NCBI GenBank assembly: GCA_951406725.2
Contig: OX597815.1
Coordinates: 134,354,001-134,418,000, forward strand
Length of the DNA: 64,000 nucleotides
Direction: 5' to 3'
Origin: Octopus vulgaris
Lineage: Eukaryota
The notes beneath the pieces were generated by a model that saw only the letters and a program-made list of their open reading frames with translations, was not told where the DNA came from and searched no databases. Both the position numbers and the translations under genes were made by a program. Shown one piece after another: positions 26,285 to 38,650 of this stretch (position 1 is the stretch's first letter; the number at the start of each line of letters is the position of its first letter).

Positions 26285-26621
26285 CTGGTATTCCATGCTG
26301 CATCTATTTTAGCAATCCAGACTCTATGCAGTAACTCAACTTATAAGCAACAGAAAGTAAATCTGCCTCAAACCACACATTATTTATATATATAAAAAAA
26401 TTAAAATAAAAACAAAACATAAAATAATGTAGTTCAGGTAGACTGTCTGAAGAGGAAAAAGACTTGTCATCTTTTTAATGTTATTGAACTTAGGTATGAT
26501 ATTGTTTGAGGCAGATTTAGCTGCTATTGCTCATAGGCTGAGTAACTGCATGGAGTCTGGATTGCTGGTCAAGCAGTTCTCTTTAATGAAATACTGAAAC
26601 AGATGCAGCATGGAATACCAG
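26285..26621. repeat. Long foldback (inverted repeat) in the last intron of the BAK-like gene
   Basis: Perfect 21-bp outer arms CTGGTATTCCATGCTGCATCT / AGATGCAGCATGGAATACCAG. Inner arms agcaatccagactc..../..gagtctggattgct and taaatctgcctcaaac/gtttgaggcagattta. Confidence 0.85.
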
Positions 26622-27252
26622 ATCAATAGGTATTGAATTAAAAAATGCTATATGCATTTTATTTTGAATTTATTTCAATTCATAACCATACATAAAGCAA
26701 TACTTGTACTTATGAGGCAATATACCCCCTCATGAAGAAACACCCACTTATACCCAATGGCGATGCAATATTCCTATTCATGAGGCAGTTTTATCAGCAA
26801 TCAGAAAGTGAAGATTACAAAAACTTTTGCACATGAAGTAAATATAGTCATAATTTAAAATTATTAAAACATTTAGAACTTTAAGCCTCCAGGAAAGTTA
26901 GCCAGTATTTCATTAGTTTGTAGCACTAAACTCACATCCTCCTATAGACAAACTCCTGCCAATCTCAGTTAATGAGGAATTGGGTGTGATATAGAGAATG
27001 CTGAAGACTGCACCTTACTTCTAAATTCTACAATATTTCTAAAACACTCACAGTAGACTTGCTGAGGTCTTTCTGCTGAAAGTAGACTATAAAAATCAAT
27101 CCTAAAACTGAGTAAATTCTATAATGAGTACAAACATAGACAATGATTATAATTGATTTGGAAGTTCACTATATTAAAAAGATAGAGGTAGAGACAATGA
27201 AGCTAGATTTGAAATTATTTATCAGTTTAGCAATAATGTAAAATAAACTTAC

Positions 27253-27415
27253 CCATCCACCTTGATTATGTATCCATCGTGCAAGACTAATTCCCACAAA
27301 ATTCGTAATACACTTCAGAATTATTTGAAATATTTGTTTCGTAAATCGTTTTAGCAGATAGTATGCAAAGCAGAACACTACCAGTATTCTTCCTAGATTT
27401 GAGCACTTAATTAGG
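27253..27415 (-). CDS. BAK1: BAK-like protein coding exon 3 (BH1 and BH2)
   Basis: ataaag|C CTA..GGA TGG|gtaagt. Encodes LIKCSNLGRILVVFCFAYYLL...ARWIHNQGGW. The phase-0 intron directly after GGW is typical of the Bcl-2 family. Confidence 0.88.
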
Positions 27416-29364
27416 CTTTATGGGAAGATGAAAATAGAGAAAATATTATATCAGAATTTCATTTGATATATAACTTTTTAAAAGTAAAAAAAAAAAAAAG
27501 TAATTTTATGATAGATATTTTATTCCTCCTGCCTCTTGTAATGACTGCATTTTGAGGAATAAATAAAATGGTTCAAACTTTATGGATAACCTTGATATAT
27601 TTAAAATCATATTCTATAAACTTAGTAAGTGGTACAATCACTAGCTATGTTGAAAATTTCTGAAATGTCTTGATAGTGGTAAACAAATATTTTGTAGTAT
27701 CAAAATTGTATTTTTATAGAAAATGAAGGCAAAAAAATCAGGTTAAAAAAGATATTCCCAACAGTGTTCTCCAACTAATTCAAGCAAACCATAGTAGATT
27801 GATAAGCAAATGTTTGTAGATTTATCAACTAGCAGACTTGGTCAGCAGCAGTAATGGATCTTAATGTAGCAATGTTAAAACAATAGCGGTGGAGTTTAAA
27901 CTATCCATCTGTAGATTTTTGAAGTTACTACCCTTCTCTCTAGATATAATAGTGATTTCTTTTGACCAGGAGCAAGAAGCAAGAACAATTTTTACAGGAG
28001 AGTGACAATAATCAGTTTAATAATCCTATTTTAATAATGGTACAATAGTAATGGAATGTTTTGAACAACATTTCTATATTGCTCAGATGGAGTAAATACT
28101 ACACAAGGTTTCCTTTTAATTTGAAAGCACTAGTTTAGGTCTTTTTTTTTTACTCATATAAAAAGGAAAGATATAGGCTAAAGCATACATACACACACAC
28201 ACATATGCACTCACACACACATGCATTTCACCCCCACACAGTTCATCTTCCATCTTTGAAATTTTATTTTCATAACATTTGTCAACCAAAGGTTATGGTA
28301 GAAGATACTTGCTTTTCCTCATCCCACTCCAGATTCCATATTGTGGATTGAACCTAGAACCATATAGCTGTAATATATGCCCATTTACAACATTACAATT
28401 ACTTGAACTCATTGATTTCTTTTGTTTAATTAAAAGATCCTAGTGGAAGCATAATGGCATTGTGAGGCTTTCATGCTTTTAACATGTGCATTTATTGTAT
28501 AAATGAAGAGAAATAGTTTTGAGTAGAGAATGAAACTTCATAGTAACTGTAAGAGGTAGACAATAATTTCTTAACCAAGAATCGAAACCTCAGTTTTCAT
28601 ATTTGCTTCCACTGTTCTTGGAACTTGTACTTAGAATTTATTTGTTTAGCCTGTTATACTTGCCACTGTCTTAGGTGATACAGAGTTTAGTTTAGATAGG
28701 TGCGTTCAGTTTTAATGTCAGTGACCTAGTTCAACTTGGACACAAGTGTAAATTTGAGATACCTTTGAAAAATATTCTCTTTCCTCTGCAACTTCAAGAC
28801 AGTTTACTTCTGTCATTTATGGCAATCTCACATGAAACTTGCATCATTTACCTTCCTCCTTCCACATAAATTTAGTGGCAAACTGATTTAAGCACTGGAC
28901 AACAGATTCTCAACCAAGATTGATTGTCATCCACTAAACAATTTCTGGAATTTCTTTCCAACTTGTCATAGTTGTGTAACTACATAATGGTTGAGTAAAA
29001 TCTCTATGTTACCACTAACTCATGATGAGTTATGTAACTGTTACTTAACTTTTCTTGTTGGGAATATATCTCTTACTATATACATCTCTTTGCTGCAATC
29101 ACCAAAACATTTTTTTCTTTTTGGTCCAACCTATAACAGCATGACAAAGTAGGTGTTAACTAGTGATGAGCAAATCTATATCCAAACCCTATAAACTATC
29201 TCACATCTGAACTCTACAATAGCTAAAGTTTTCCACAAGCAAATGACTATATATGTATATACTAACCAGAATACATATTTTCTAATGATTTAATAGCAGT
29301 TATAGAATATTTGAAATAGTACTGGGGAAAAAGGCAAGTCTTTTTATAGAAAATATTAATAGGA

Positions 29365-29700
29365 GCAGGTGTGACTGTGTGATAAGAAGCTTACTTCCTA
29401 ACCACATGATTCCAGGTTCAGTCCAATTGTGTGGCACCTTGGTGAAGTGTTATCTAATATAGCCTCAGGCCTTGTGAGCAGATTTGGTAGACAGAAAACT
29501 GAAAGAACCCGTCATATGTCTGTGTTTGTCCCCCTGCCATTGCTTGACGACTGGTGCTGGTGTGTTTATGAGACCAATAGAATAAGTACTAGGCTAACAT
29601 AAAATAAGTCCTGAGGTCAATTTCTTTGACTAAAACCCTTCAAGGTGGTGCTCTAGCATGGCCACTGTCAAATGACTGAAACAAATAAAAGAATAAAGAA
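29365..29700 (+). mobile_element. Family-A SINE ending within a few nt of the BH3-exon splice donor
   Basis: Tail gactgaaacaaataaaagaataaagaa abuts taaacttac (donor at 29709). Confidence 0.8.
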
Positions 29701-29709
29701 TAAACTTAC

Positions 29710-29850
29710 TCAACAATGTTTATAAACTGTACAACTAATGAATCACTGTTTATATTTAATAGATTAGCCATAAGCTCAAATCTTTCTCGATGTTCCTCAT
29801 ACACTTTATCTCCAATTTCAGCCAGCTGATTCCCAACTAATACACAGTTT
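29710..29850 (-). CDS. BAK1: BAK-like protein coding exon 2 (BH3)
   Basis: ttgcag|A AAC..GTT GA|gtaagt. Encodes NCVLVGNQLAEIGDKVYEEHRERFELMANLLNINSDSLVVQFINIV. BH3 LAEIGD resembles BAK VGRQLAIIGD. 141 nt, phase 2 to 2. Confidence 0.88.
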
Positions 29851-31246
29851 CTGCAAAATACAAATGATTTTTGAAAGTTAAGTTGATAAATAAATAAATA
29901 AATGAATAAGTAAAAAGATAAAAAAGAAAGAACTTTTCATATAAAGATTCACTGTTGTGTGATATTTAGTATTAAGAAGAAACTAAAGTGAATTATTCCA
30001 AATATAATAATAATCCTTTCTATTATAGACACAAGGCCTGAAACTTGGGGAAGGGGAATAATTGATTACATCGACCCTAATACTCAACTGGCACTTAATT
30101 TATCGACCCTGAAAGGATGAAAGGTAAAGTTGATCTCAGCGGAATTTGAACTCAGTATGTAGCGACAGGTGAAATACCGTCGCTACATAAACACTTCATC
30201 CATACTGTAGTATAACCGTTAAACACTTCATCCATTGTGCTAACAATTCTGCCAGCTCACCGCCTTTCCAAATATAATAATAATGCAGACAAAAAATGTG
30301 AACATTGCCAATGAAAAGATGGACAAGATAATAAAATGCATCAAGTATATGAATTAAACTAAGTAACTACTCACTTGAAATGATTATTCTACCCAAAGTC
30401 ATATTATCACCAATTTTAACATGTACACGCATATGTACTACAAGCACTGCTACCAGGCTTCATCACAACTGCCATTCTCTAAACCAGAGCCATCTTAAGG
30501 CAGGGACCTCATGGGTCCAGGGGTTCAGTTCTGATCTATATATGTTACTGCATACATAAATCAGAACTGGATTTCTGGACCCAAATGCATATGTAACATT
30601 TGCTTTCCAGAATTGGATATTACAGATTAACAAATTAAATCCATAGACAACCATTCCTCATATCACATCTGTAATCTCTATGATAGATTATATAGTTCAC
30701 TTAGGCTGGTAAGCAATGAATTAAGGGAGTTTTGGCTGAAATTTCTTGCAGGTTGAGCAACTGCTTTGAAGTTCCTTCATTGGCTAGAAAAGAGAATTGT
30801 TTTGAGTATGGTGCTTTATGTAATAACAGATTCTATAGTAAGTACATGCAAAGAATCTAATTGTTAGTTTACAAACACTCATCTACCATTAAATACATCT
30901 GGAGAAATATGTGACACTACATGCTAGATATGTGTAAATTTTGAAGATTAGTTTGAATGGAAAATACTTGGGTATTTTAATAAGAGAGACCAAAAAAGGA
31001 GTGATATAAATACAAATGTGAGAAATTTTAAGAAAAAAGCTCAACAATCCACCAATAAGGAAATGTTGGCTGACTAATCTGATGTTTGTTAAAGTTTTTA
31101 CAAGCAAAACATCTACTATTGCAAAGTTCAAGTTGACAGAGTGTACAGCTTAGAGATCGCTCCAGGTTAAAATGCTACTTCTCTGCATTACCCAAAGTCA
31201 GGAAATTTTCAGCACCACCTCGCGTAATATAATACACACACACACT

Positions 31247-32321
31247 CAGGGGTTGGACAAAATAATGGAAACACCTTAAAATTTCAAACAAATTTATTTT
31301 AATATGGGGTAGGACTGCCTTTGGCAGAAATTACAACTTGAATTCTATGAGGTATGGATTCATACAAAGTTTGACTTGTTTCCAAAGGAATTTTTGTCCA
31401 TTCTTCAGCTAAAACAGTCTTCAGTTCTTGTAGTGATAATGGTGGAGGATATTGACTCCTTACTTGTTTTTCTAAAAAGTACCATAAATGTTCAATAATA
31501 TTGAGATCTGGGGACTGTGGTGGCCAGATAAGATGTTCAACTTCTCTAGAATGTTCCTTGTGCCATTCAGTAACAACTTTAGCTGTGTGATTTGGTGCAT
31601 TATCATCCTGAAAGATTGCGTTTCCCTCTGGAAACAATTCCACAACCATAGGATGAATTTGATCAGATAAAATGCTTAAATAGTCTTGACTATTAATTCT
31701 GCCATGAAGGGAAACCATTGGGCCAGCGGATTTCCAAGATATAGCACCCCCATATCACCACTAATCCTTCTCCATGTTTAACAGTTAGAAGAAGGCAGTC
31801 TGGGTCAAATGTTTCTTTTGACTGTCTCCACATGTATACTTGGCCAGTGGTCAGAAATAAGGAAACGGATGACTCGTCCAAGAAAATAATATCCTTCCAC
31901 TGCTCTAGGGACAAATTCTGTAGGTTTTTACTCCACTGTAAAAGCTTTGCAACGTTTGTTATAGGAAGTAGTAGTTTTCTGATTGCAGCCCTCCCATGAA
32001 GTCTGGCTTTGTGCAGCTCCCAGTGAACAGTTTTTGTGGTACACCAAACATTTTGGCTGTTTCCATTATGCTAGTGCCTGCCATACAAGCACCAACAATT
32101 TGGCCTCTTTGAAAGTCCAATAGATCTGTCATTTTAATGAATTTTAATTACCTTTTACTGATGATATCTAAAAATAAAGAGCAATTTTAGAAAAACATAT
32201 TAAGCAACACTAATAATAAATAAAAAAACATAAAAATAAACAAGCTTTTGATGGTTTATAGATATTCCAAAATTATGAATACTATGATGGTAGGCGTTTC
32301 CATTATTTTGTCCAACCCGTG
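31247..32321 (-). mobile_element. Tc1-like transposon (internally deleted, DD34E remnants)
   Basis: TIR caggggttggacaaaataatggaaacacct / aggcgtttccattattttgtccaacccgtg|TA. Motifs FLDES, QDDNAPNH, WPPQSPDLNIIEHLW. Confidence 0.9.
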
Positions 32322-33931
32322 TATGTATACATATATATATATATATAATTCTGATCTGGCAATGTTTTTACAGCTGGATGCTCTTCCTAATGCCAACCAC
32401 TCCGAGAGTGTTGTGGTTACTTTTTATGTGCCAGCAGTACCGGAGCCAGTCAGGTGGGCCTGGCATTGATCATGTTCAGATAGTGCTTTTTATATGCCAC
32501 TGGCAAACAAGCCAGTCAGCAGATACTGGCATATACAAGGGGTTGCTGAAAAGTTCCTAGCATTAAGGGCATAACAAAAGGCAGCTGAAGGCCTAAACTT
32601 CTGAGTTCTTTCACAGGGCTTAGAAAAAATGAAGGACAGCTGTATTAAGTGTGTGAATCTGAGAAGGGAATATGTTGAATAAAATTATAATTAACTGATT
32701 CCCCCATATTTTCTTTTACCCAAAGCCATATAGTACCTTAGTGAATCTTCTAACAGTAACTCCATATCCTACATCTCTAATACATCAGAAAACTAAACAA
32801 ATTTGACTATGAACCAAACATTCCACTCAATATTTTACTCAGCAATTTTCCCAACACTTTAAAGATTCTTTTAGCCCTCGACCTTATAAACCTTCTTTAT
32901 AATATTTTCAAGTTGTTTACTTTCTGAATCATTTGTTAGATTTAATAGTGACTTGAAATACAAGCTTTTTGAACAATACAACAGAACAATGAAACAAACA
33001 GCTAGCAGCAGGCATGCAGTGTTAGTTAACACATAATATAAGAACATGCAAACAGACATACCTGGATACCTGGCACCTTGCTGTACTCAAGAAGACCTGT
33101 ACTCTACAGCAGGAGTGTTAAGGCTGCTCCTCCAGATGAAGAGGAATGACCTGTAAGAATCCTGTGCCAGTGCCACATAAAAAGCACTCATGCTGGTGTC
33201 ACATTAGAGTACTTGTACAGTGCCACATAAAAGCACCCAGCACACTTTGTAAAGTGGTTAGTGTTAGAAAGGGCATCCAGCTATAGAAACGATGTCAAAC
33301 CAGATTGGAGCCTGGTGCAGCTCTCCAGCTTACCAGCTCTGGTCAAACCATCCAACCTATGCCAGCATGGACAATGCATATTAAATGATGATGATGACAT
33401 AAGATTGGTCAGTATACTAGAGCAAAGACCCCCACCCCCATCAAAACTGTGCATAAATTAGAAACCATTATTATTTTTATCATGGATTTATAGCAATTGA
33501 AATAAAGATAAGCTGAATTCATTTGGAATGAAGATGATCCCAATCAGACCAAATAAGTGGACTGATAATGTTAGTAAATAAGATTTACTATAGATATATA
33601 ATTCAGATTTGAAATTTTTGTTGATAAAGTTTGTTTTTTTCTGTTAAAAAATATACAAAATAGGAGCAGTCATGGATGTAAGGTAAGAAGTTTGTTTCTC
33701 AACCACACACACATACAAAGACATATACATAGATATATACATGTGTGCACCCCCACCCTACAGACCAAAGCCTAGTGAGTGGATTTGGTAGATGAAAACT
33801 GAAAGAGGCCCACCATGTATGTGTGTGTATCATCATCATTATCACCATTTAACATCCATTTACCATGCTATATATATATATATATACATTTATATATATG
33901 GGGAGGGACAGTCCACACACATATGTATATA

Positions 33932-35296
33932 CAGTTGCGGCCAAAATGATCAGAACGGTTGCTTTTACTCCGTGTTTTAGTATATTTAATCAGCGAACTC
34001 TTATATTTTGAATTTGTTTACGTGACAGTTCGTTTACTAAACATTAGTAAGAATATTTGCAGTGTACTTAGTTAATATAATGCCACTTACTCCGTTACCA
34101 ATTCGTCAGCATTTTATTAGGCTTTGAAGGAAGGACAATTTAAGTATTGGATCTATTGCAAAGATTGTTAACAAGTCAAAAAGTGTTGTACACGGTATTC
34201 TTAAGGTCTACGATGATTGTAGTTCGTGTGAAGCAAGAAAGTTTACAGGTAGGCCAAGAAAAACGACCAAGAGAGAAGATCGTGCTATGGTAAAGTTGGT
34301 TAAAAAGGACAGATTTAAAACTGCTGCTGCTGTTTCTCAGAAAATGAGCATTGTCTCGTTGTTTAGTTGAACATGACCTACAAGCAAGAGCACCTGCAGT
34401 GAAGCCACTGATCAGCTCCAAGAATAAAAAGTGTCGTCTTATCTTTGCAACCGAACATGTGTTGTGGTCTCAAGAAAAATGGCAAACGGTGCATTTCAGT
34501 GATGAATCTAAGTTTATGCTATTTGGCTCAGATGGGAAAAGTAGGTGAAAAATTGTTGCCTAAATGCCTTAAGACTATTGTTAAATTCGGTGGAGGAAGT
34601 GTCATGGTTTGGGGAATGATATCTGGAGATGGTGTGGGCCCTTTGGTGCGATTACATGGAAAGTTAAATGCAGGAGTTTATAAACAACTTGTAAAAGATC
34701 ATGTCTTGCCTGTGCTGAGAAATTCAACTAAGCGACCACCCATATTCATGCAGGACAATGCCCCATGTCACAAGGCTAAGGTGGGCATGAACTTCCTCAA
34801 GGCTGAAAAGGTTATTGTTATGGATTGGCCAGCTCAAAGCCCAGATCTCAATCCTATTGAAAATGTGTGGAATATTCTAGGAGAACGTTCGAAAGCCAGA
34901 AATCCTAAAACAACTGAGCAATTATGGAATGCCCTTCAGGAAGAATGGAATAAGATCACCCAGCAAGAAATTGAAAATTTAATTTCCTCATGCAGTTGAA
35001 GATGTCAGAGTGTGATTGAAGCTAAAGGGCTTCGCACTAAATATTAAATAATTCCAGTATTCTGTCATTTTTGATTATTTTGTTATTTTTTGGCCGCCAT
35101 GGGTTTTGCAGTAAATCACTAAATCATCCATAACTTTTGTATTATCTTCTCAAATTACACCAAAACCTCAAACAATAAAAAATAATATTGTATTTATTGT
35201 CTGTGAAAATTATAGAATATAAAACAACTTTGATAAAAACTTATACCTACTTTTCTGACGAAAACAATGCCGTTCTGAACATTTTGGCCGCAACTG
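33932..35296 (+). mobile_element. Tc1-like transposon with both TIRs, TA TSD and a disrupted transposase
   Basis: TA|CAGTTGCGGCCAAAATG...CATTTTGGCCGCAACTG|TA. Motifs FSDESKF, QDNAPCH and SPDLNPIENVW are split by frameshifts. Confidence 0.92.
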
Positions 35297-35594
35297 TATC
35301 TATGTGTATGTGTCTTTGTGTGTGTGTGTATGTGTTTGTCCCTCGCCACCACTTGATAACCAGTGTTGGTTTGTTTACATCCCCACAACTAAACAGTTTA
35401 GAAAAAGAGACCAATAGACTAAGTACCAGGCTTTAAAAATAATTACTGTGGTTGATTTGTTTGATCAAAAGCCTTCAAGGCAGTGCCCCAACATGCATTT
35501 CTACATCCAGATATTCTTTCTGACTGAAACAAGTAAAAGATAAAAGCTGGAATATACTAAATAGTTCCTTCATGGAGAAACATAGTGGACTTAC

Positions 35595-35725
35595 GCATCA
35601 ACTTCATCCTTAGAAATAATATCCTTGGCTTCAGAACGAATTTCCTCATTTTCTAACCTTGCTTTCTCCTGGACAAAACCTAGAAATACAGCTTTAGCCT
35701 CCTGAGCAATCAATGCGTAAGTCAT
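35595..35725 (-). CDS. BAK1: BAK-like Bcl-2 family protein, coding exon 1 (helix 1)
   Basis: ATG at 35725 with an in-frame TAA two codons upstream. Acceptor ttcag at 35779. Encodes MTYALIAQEAKAVFLGFVQEKARLENEEIRSEAKDIISKDEVD, ends GC|gtaagt, phase 2. Confidence 0.8.
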
Positions 35726-36449
35726 ACTTTATTTCCTGTGTTTCTAAAGATTTTTCAAATTCAAAGACCAAATATTCTCTGAAATGAAACATAAATAAAT
35801 AATTAGTAAGGATATGAATTTGAAGCAACAAATTATTAAAGTAATATTATTCTTTTAATCATATTTTCTACTCCAATACTTTTAAGGCAAATGATCTACA
35901 TATTAGAAAACTGAAGTAATTGTAAATCATTGGCATTGGCAGTGCCATTATTACTAAGTGCTGATCTCTAACTGTGGAGGGAAGACATGGAATGAGGTGG
36001 TGAAGCATTATCTTTGAATGTTGGGCCACATGGAGGCAATGACTAGTGACTGAGATCTTTGGTGATATGCCGTATTTGAGAAGACCGGTTAAACCAAGTG
36101 AAATCATAGTTGTGGATGATGCTGGAGTCACGAAACTGACACCCGTGCTGGTGGCATGTAAAAAGAACCATTTGAACATTGGGCCTCATGGAGGCAATGT
36201 GGCCAATACTGGTGTCACATATGGAGGCAATAAGATCAATGCTGGTGTCATGTAACTGGTACCCATGCTGGTGGCATGTAAAAGCACCAATTACACTCTT
36301 GGAGTGGTTGGCATTAGGAAGGGCATCAAGCCATAGAAACCATGCTAAATCAAACTGGAGTCTGGTGCAGCCCCTCAGCTTACCAGCCCTAGTCAAGCCA
36401 TCCAACCCATGCCAGTATGGACAACAGACGTTAAATGATGATAATGATG

Positions 36450-37165
36450 ATTTAACATTTATTTTCCATGCTGGCATGGGTTAGAGGTTTGACTGGAGCT
36501 GGTAAGCTGCATGAAGCACCAGTCTGTTTTGGTTTGGTTTCTATGGCTAGATGTCCTTTCTAATGCCAACCACTCTACATAGTATACAAGGCATCGTTTG
36601 CATGACACTGGTGCAGGTGCCTTTTGTATGTCCCATGCACTGGCCATGACCATGATTTCACTTAGCTTGATGTGTCTTCTCAAGCACAGCAAATCACCGG
36701 AAGCTTGGGTCACTTGCCATCACCTTTGTGAGACTCAGCAACTAGAGATCATATTTCACCACCTTCCTGAGTTTACTGTTACTACACGTTCCCTCCACAA
36801 TTAGAGATTGACACTTCTTTATGCAGCTGTTCTCGTCTATATGTATCACATGGCCATACCAGCACAGTCTTCTTTCTTACACACTACATTTGGTGCCTCT
36901 TCTACCCAATTTTTCTTTTAAGACACTTGCACTGTGTTGCACGTGCACAGACATTGCACATCCAACTGAGTATGCTAACGTCATCTCTTTCAAGCCTTCA
37001 CATATCCTCTACAGTCACAGCCCATGTTTTGTTGCTATGTAGCATGGCTGTTTGCACACAGACATCATACAGTCTACTTTTCACTGTGAGGAAGAGTCTC
37101 TTTGTTACAAATAAAGGTAGAAGCTCTCCAGGACACCTTCTTCCACTGCTGAATTGGTCACCTAG
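36450..37165 (-). mobile_element. RTE LINE 3' end (tail-to-tail with a plus-strand RTE tail)
   Basis: Minus-strand translation gives RLYDVCVQTAMLHS..LSWMCNV..LCWYGHV. It ends in a short (CAT)-type tail meeting the (GAT)n tail at about 36445. Confidence 0.7.
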
Positions 37166-37169
37166 GTAA

Positions 37170-37720
37170 TGGAAGCAGGTGGCAGGAGTGACAAAAAATA
37201 AATTTTCAAAATTTTTTTTTTTTTTATTTCACGAAAAGATTCTGAAGACTTTGGTGAAAAACATTGGAAAAAATCCGCCAAAACGGAGAAATTCCAACTC
37301 ATGTGGGCCATCCAATCTGAAACTCCTTTTTCCAGAAATCCACCCCCTTCCAAAAATTTGCCTATAAATTTCTTTGTAATCGTAATCTACACTGTTTGAA
37401 AGGTATTTGAATAAAATATCATTAAAAAATACATATTTTCCAGAAAGTTATGAGGGGGAAAATGTCGGGTCCTGTAAATTTTCCAAAACTCCTCCCCAAC
37501 CCCCCGGAAAAGATTTTCCAACAAATCTTTACATACCTTCAATCTACAGGATATAAGCGATTATTTGGTGAAAGTTTCGTTAAAAAGTATTCATTTCTCT
37601 GGAAGTTATGTGAGGGCTGGATTAAGTTTTCTCACCAAAGGGGCGGGCCAGAGCCCTCATTATAGACTTACAAAACACGTATACAAGTATTTGCTTTATA
37701 ATATAAAATATAAAATATAA
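37170..37720 (+). mobile_element. Non-autonomous Helentron/DINE-like element (candidate)
   Basis: Repeated gaaagttatgag-type blocks and a terminal atacaagtatttgctttatataa. The same motif forms a palindrome at 37839-37872 (subTIR-like). Confidence 0.45.
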
Positions 37721-37887
37721 AATGATGATTTAACATTTATTTTCCATGCTGGCATGGGTTAGAGGTTTGACTGGAGCTGGTAAGCTGCATGAAGCACCAG
37801 TCTGTTTTGGTTTGGTTTCTATGGCTATAAGGGTAAGAACAAATACTTGTATGTGTGTATACAAGTATTTGTACAAAACAAATTATT

Positions 37888-38089
37888 GCAGCACGGATTT
37901 TTGTCAGTGAACAGGTCGCGGTCTTAAAGCCCCGAAAATATTTTGACAAATTAAACTTAAATGTTGAAGTGAATCGAACGGCTTTTGTGTGTTTCTTAAA
38001 TGGCTTACAAACACTTTCCACGCTGCAATTGATTTCGTTTCAGAACACGATCTCAGATCAAATCATTTGCTATGCAAGTACGTATCCGT
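37888..38089 (+). mobile_element. ~200-bp non-autonomous element carrying a hammerhead-like fold (copy 1, 11-bp TSD)
   Basis: Flanked by AACAAATTATT at 37877-37887 and 38090-38100. A closely similar inverted copy lies at 50726-50927. Confidence 0.8.
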
Positions 38090-38546
38090 AACAAATTATT
38101 TATATAAAACAAAACAATTTATTATATAAAATAAATTTAGTAGAATCAGGGGCAATGTTTCGTTTGTAGTAACATTGCCTGATTATCAGCTATTCTTGAT
38201 CTTGCTTTGGATTTAGTAGATTTCATTTTTGAGAATAGCTGCTCATATTTATATGTGCTCGAGTGACATTTTCTTCCTAGCAAAATCTACGATCAAGGGG
38301 AAATTTTCTCTAGGTATTTTCATTAAAAAATATCCAATTGTTTGGAAGTTATGAGGCAACAAAGTCTTGGAGTTGGGTGAGGTGGAGCACAAGTGGCGGT
38401 ATAACTAAATTAGAATATTTTGGAAAAAAAAACTCCTTATCAGGAGTTGTTTTTTTTTAACCTTTATTTTGGACAGAATTCTATTAAAAGTTAGTAATTA
38501 TCACTTTCAAAATATTGTACAATAATAGGAAATTCACGAAACTTAC

Positions 38547-38650
38547 ATGGCAGTTGTTTCAGCGTTACTTGTGTAATCTTTTTCATTTACTATAAATGAA
38601 AGAAACAGGATGTTTAATGCGGCGTACAGATTTCTTGATTCCTGGATCAA
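38547..38650 (-). other. Probable non-coding first exon (5' UTR) of the BAK-like gene; upstream boundary approximate
   Basis: Strong donor CCAT|gtaagt at 38546. A CpG-containing (GC/CA)n stretch lies just upstream. The next acceptor at 35779 leads into the ATG exon. Confidence 0.45.
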
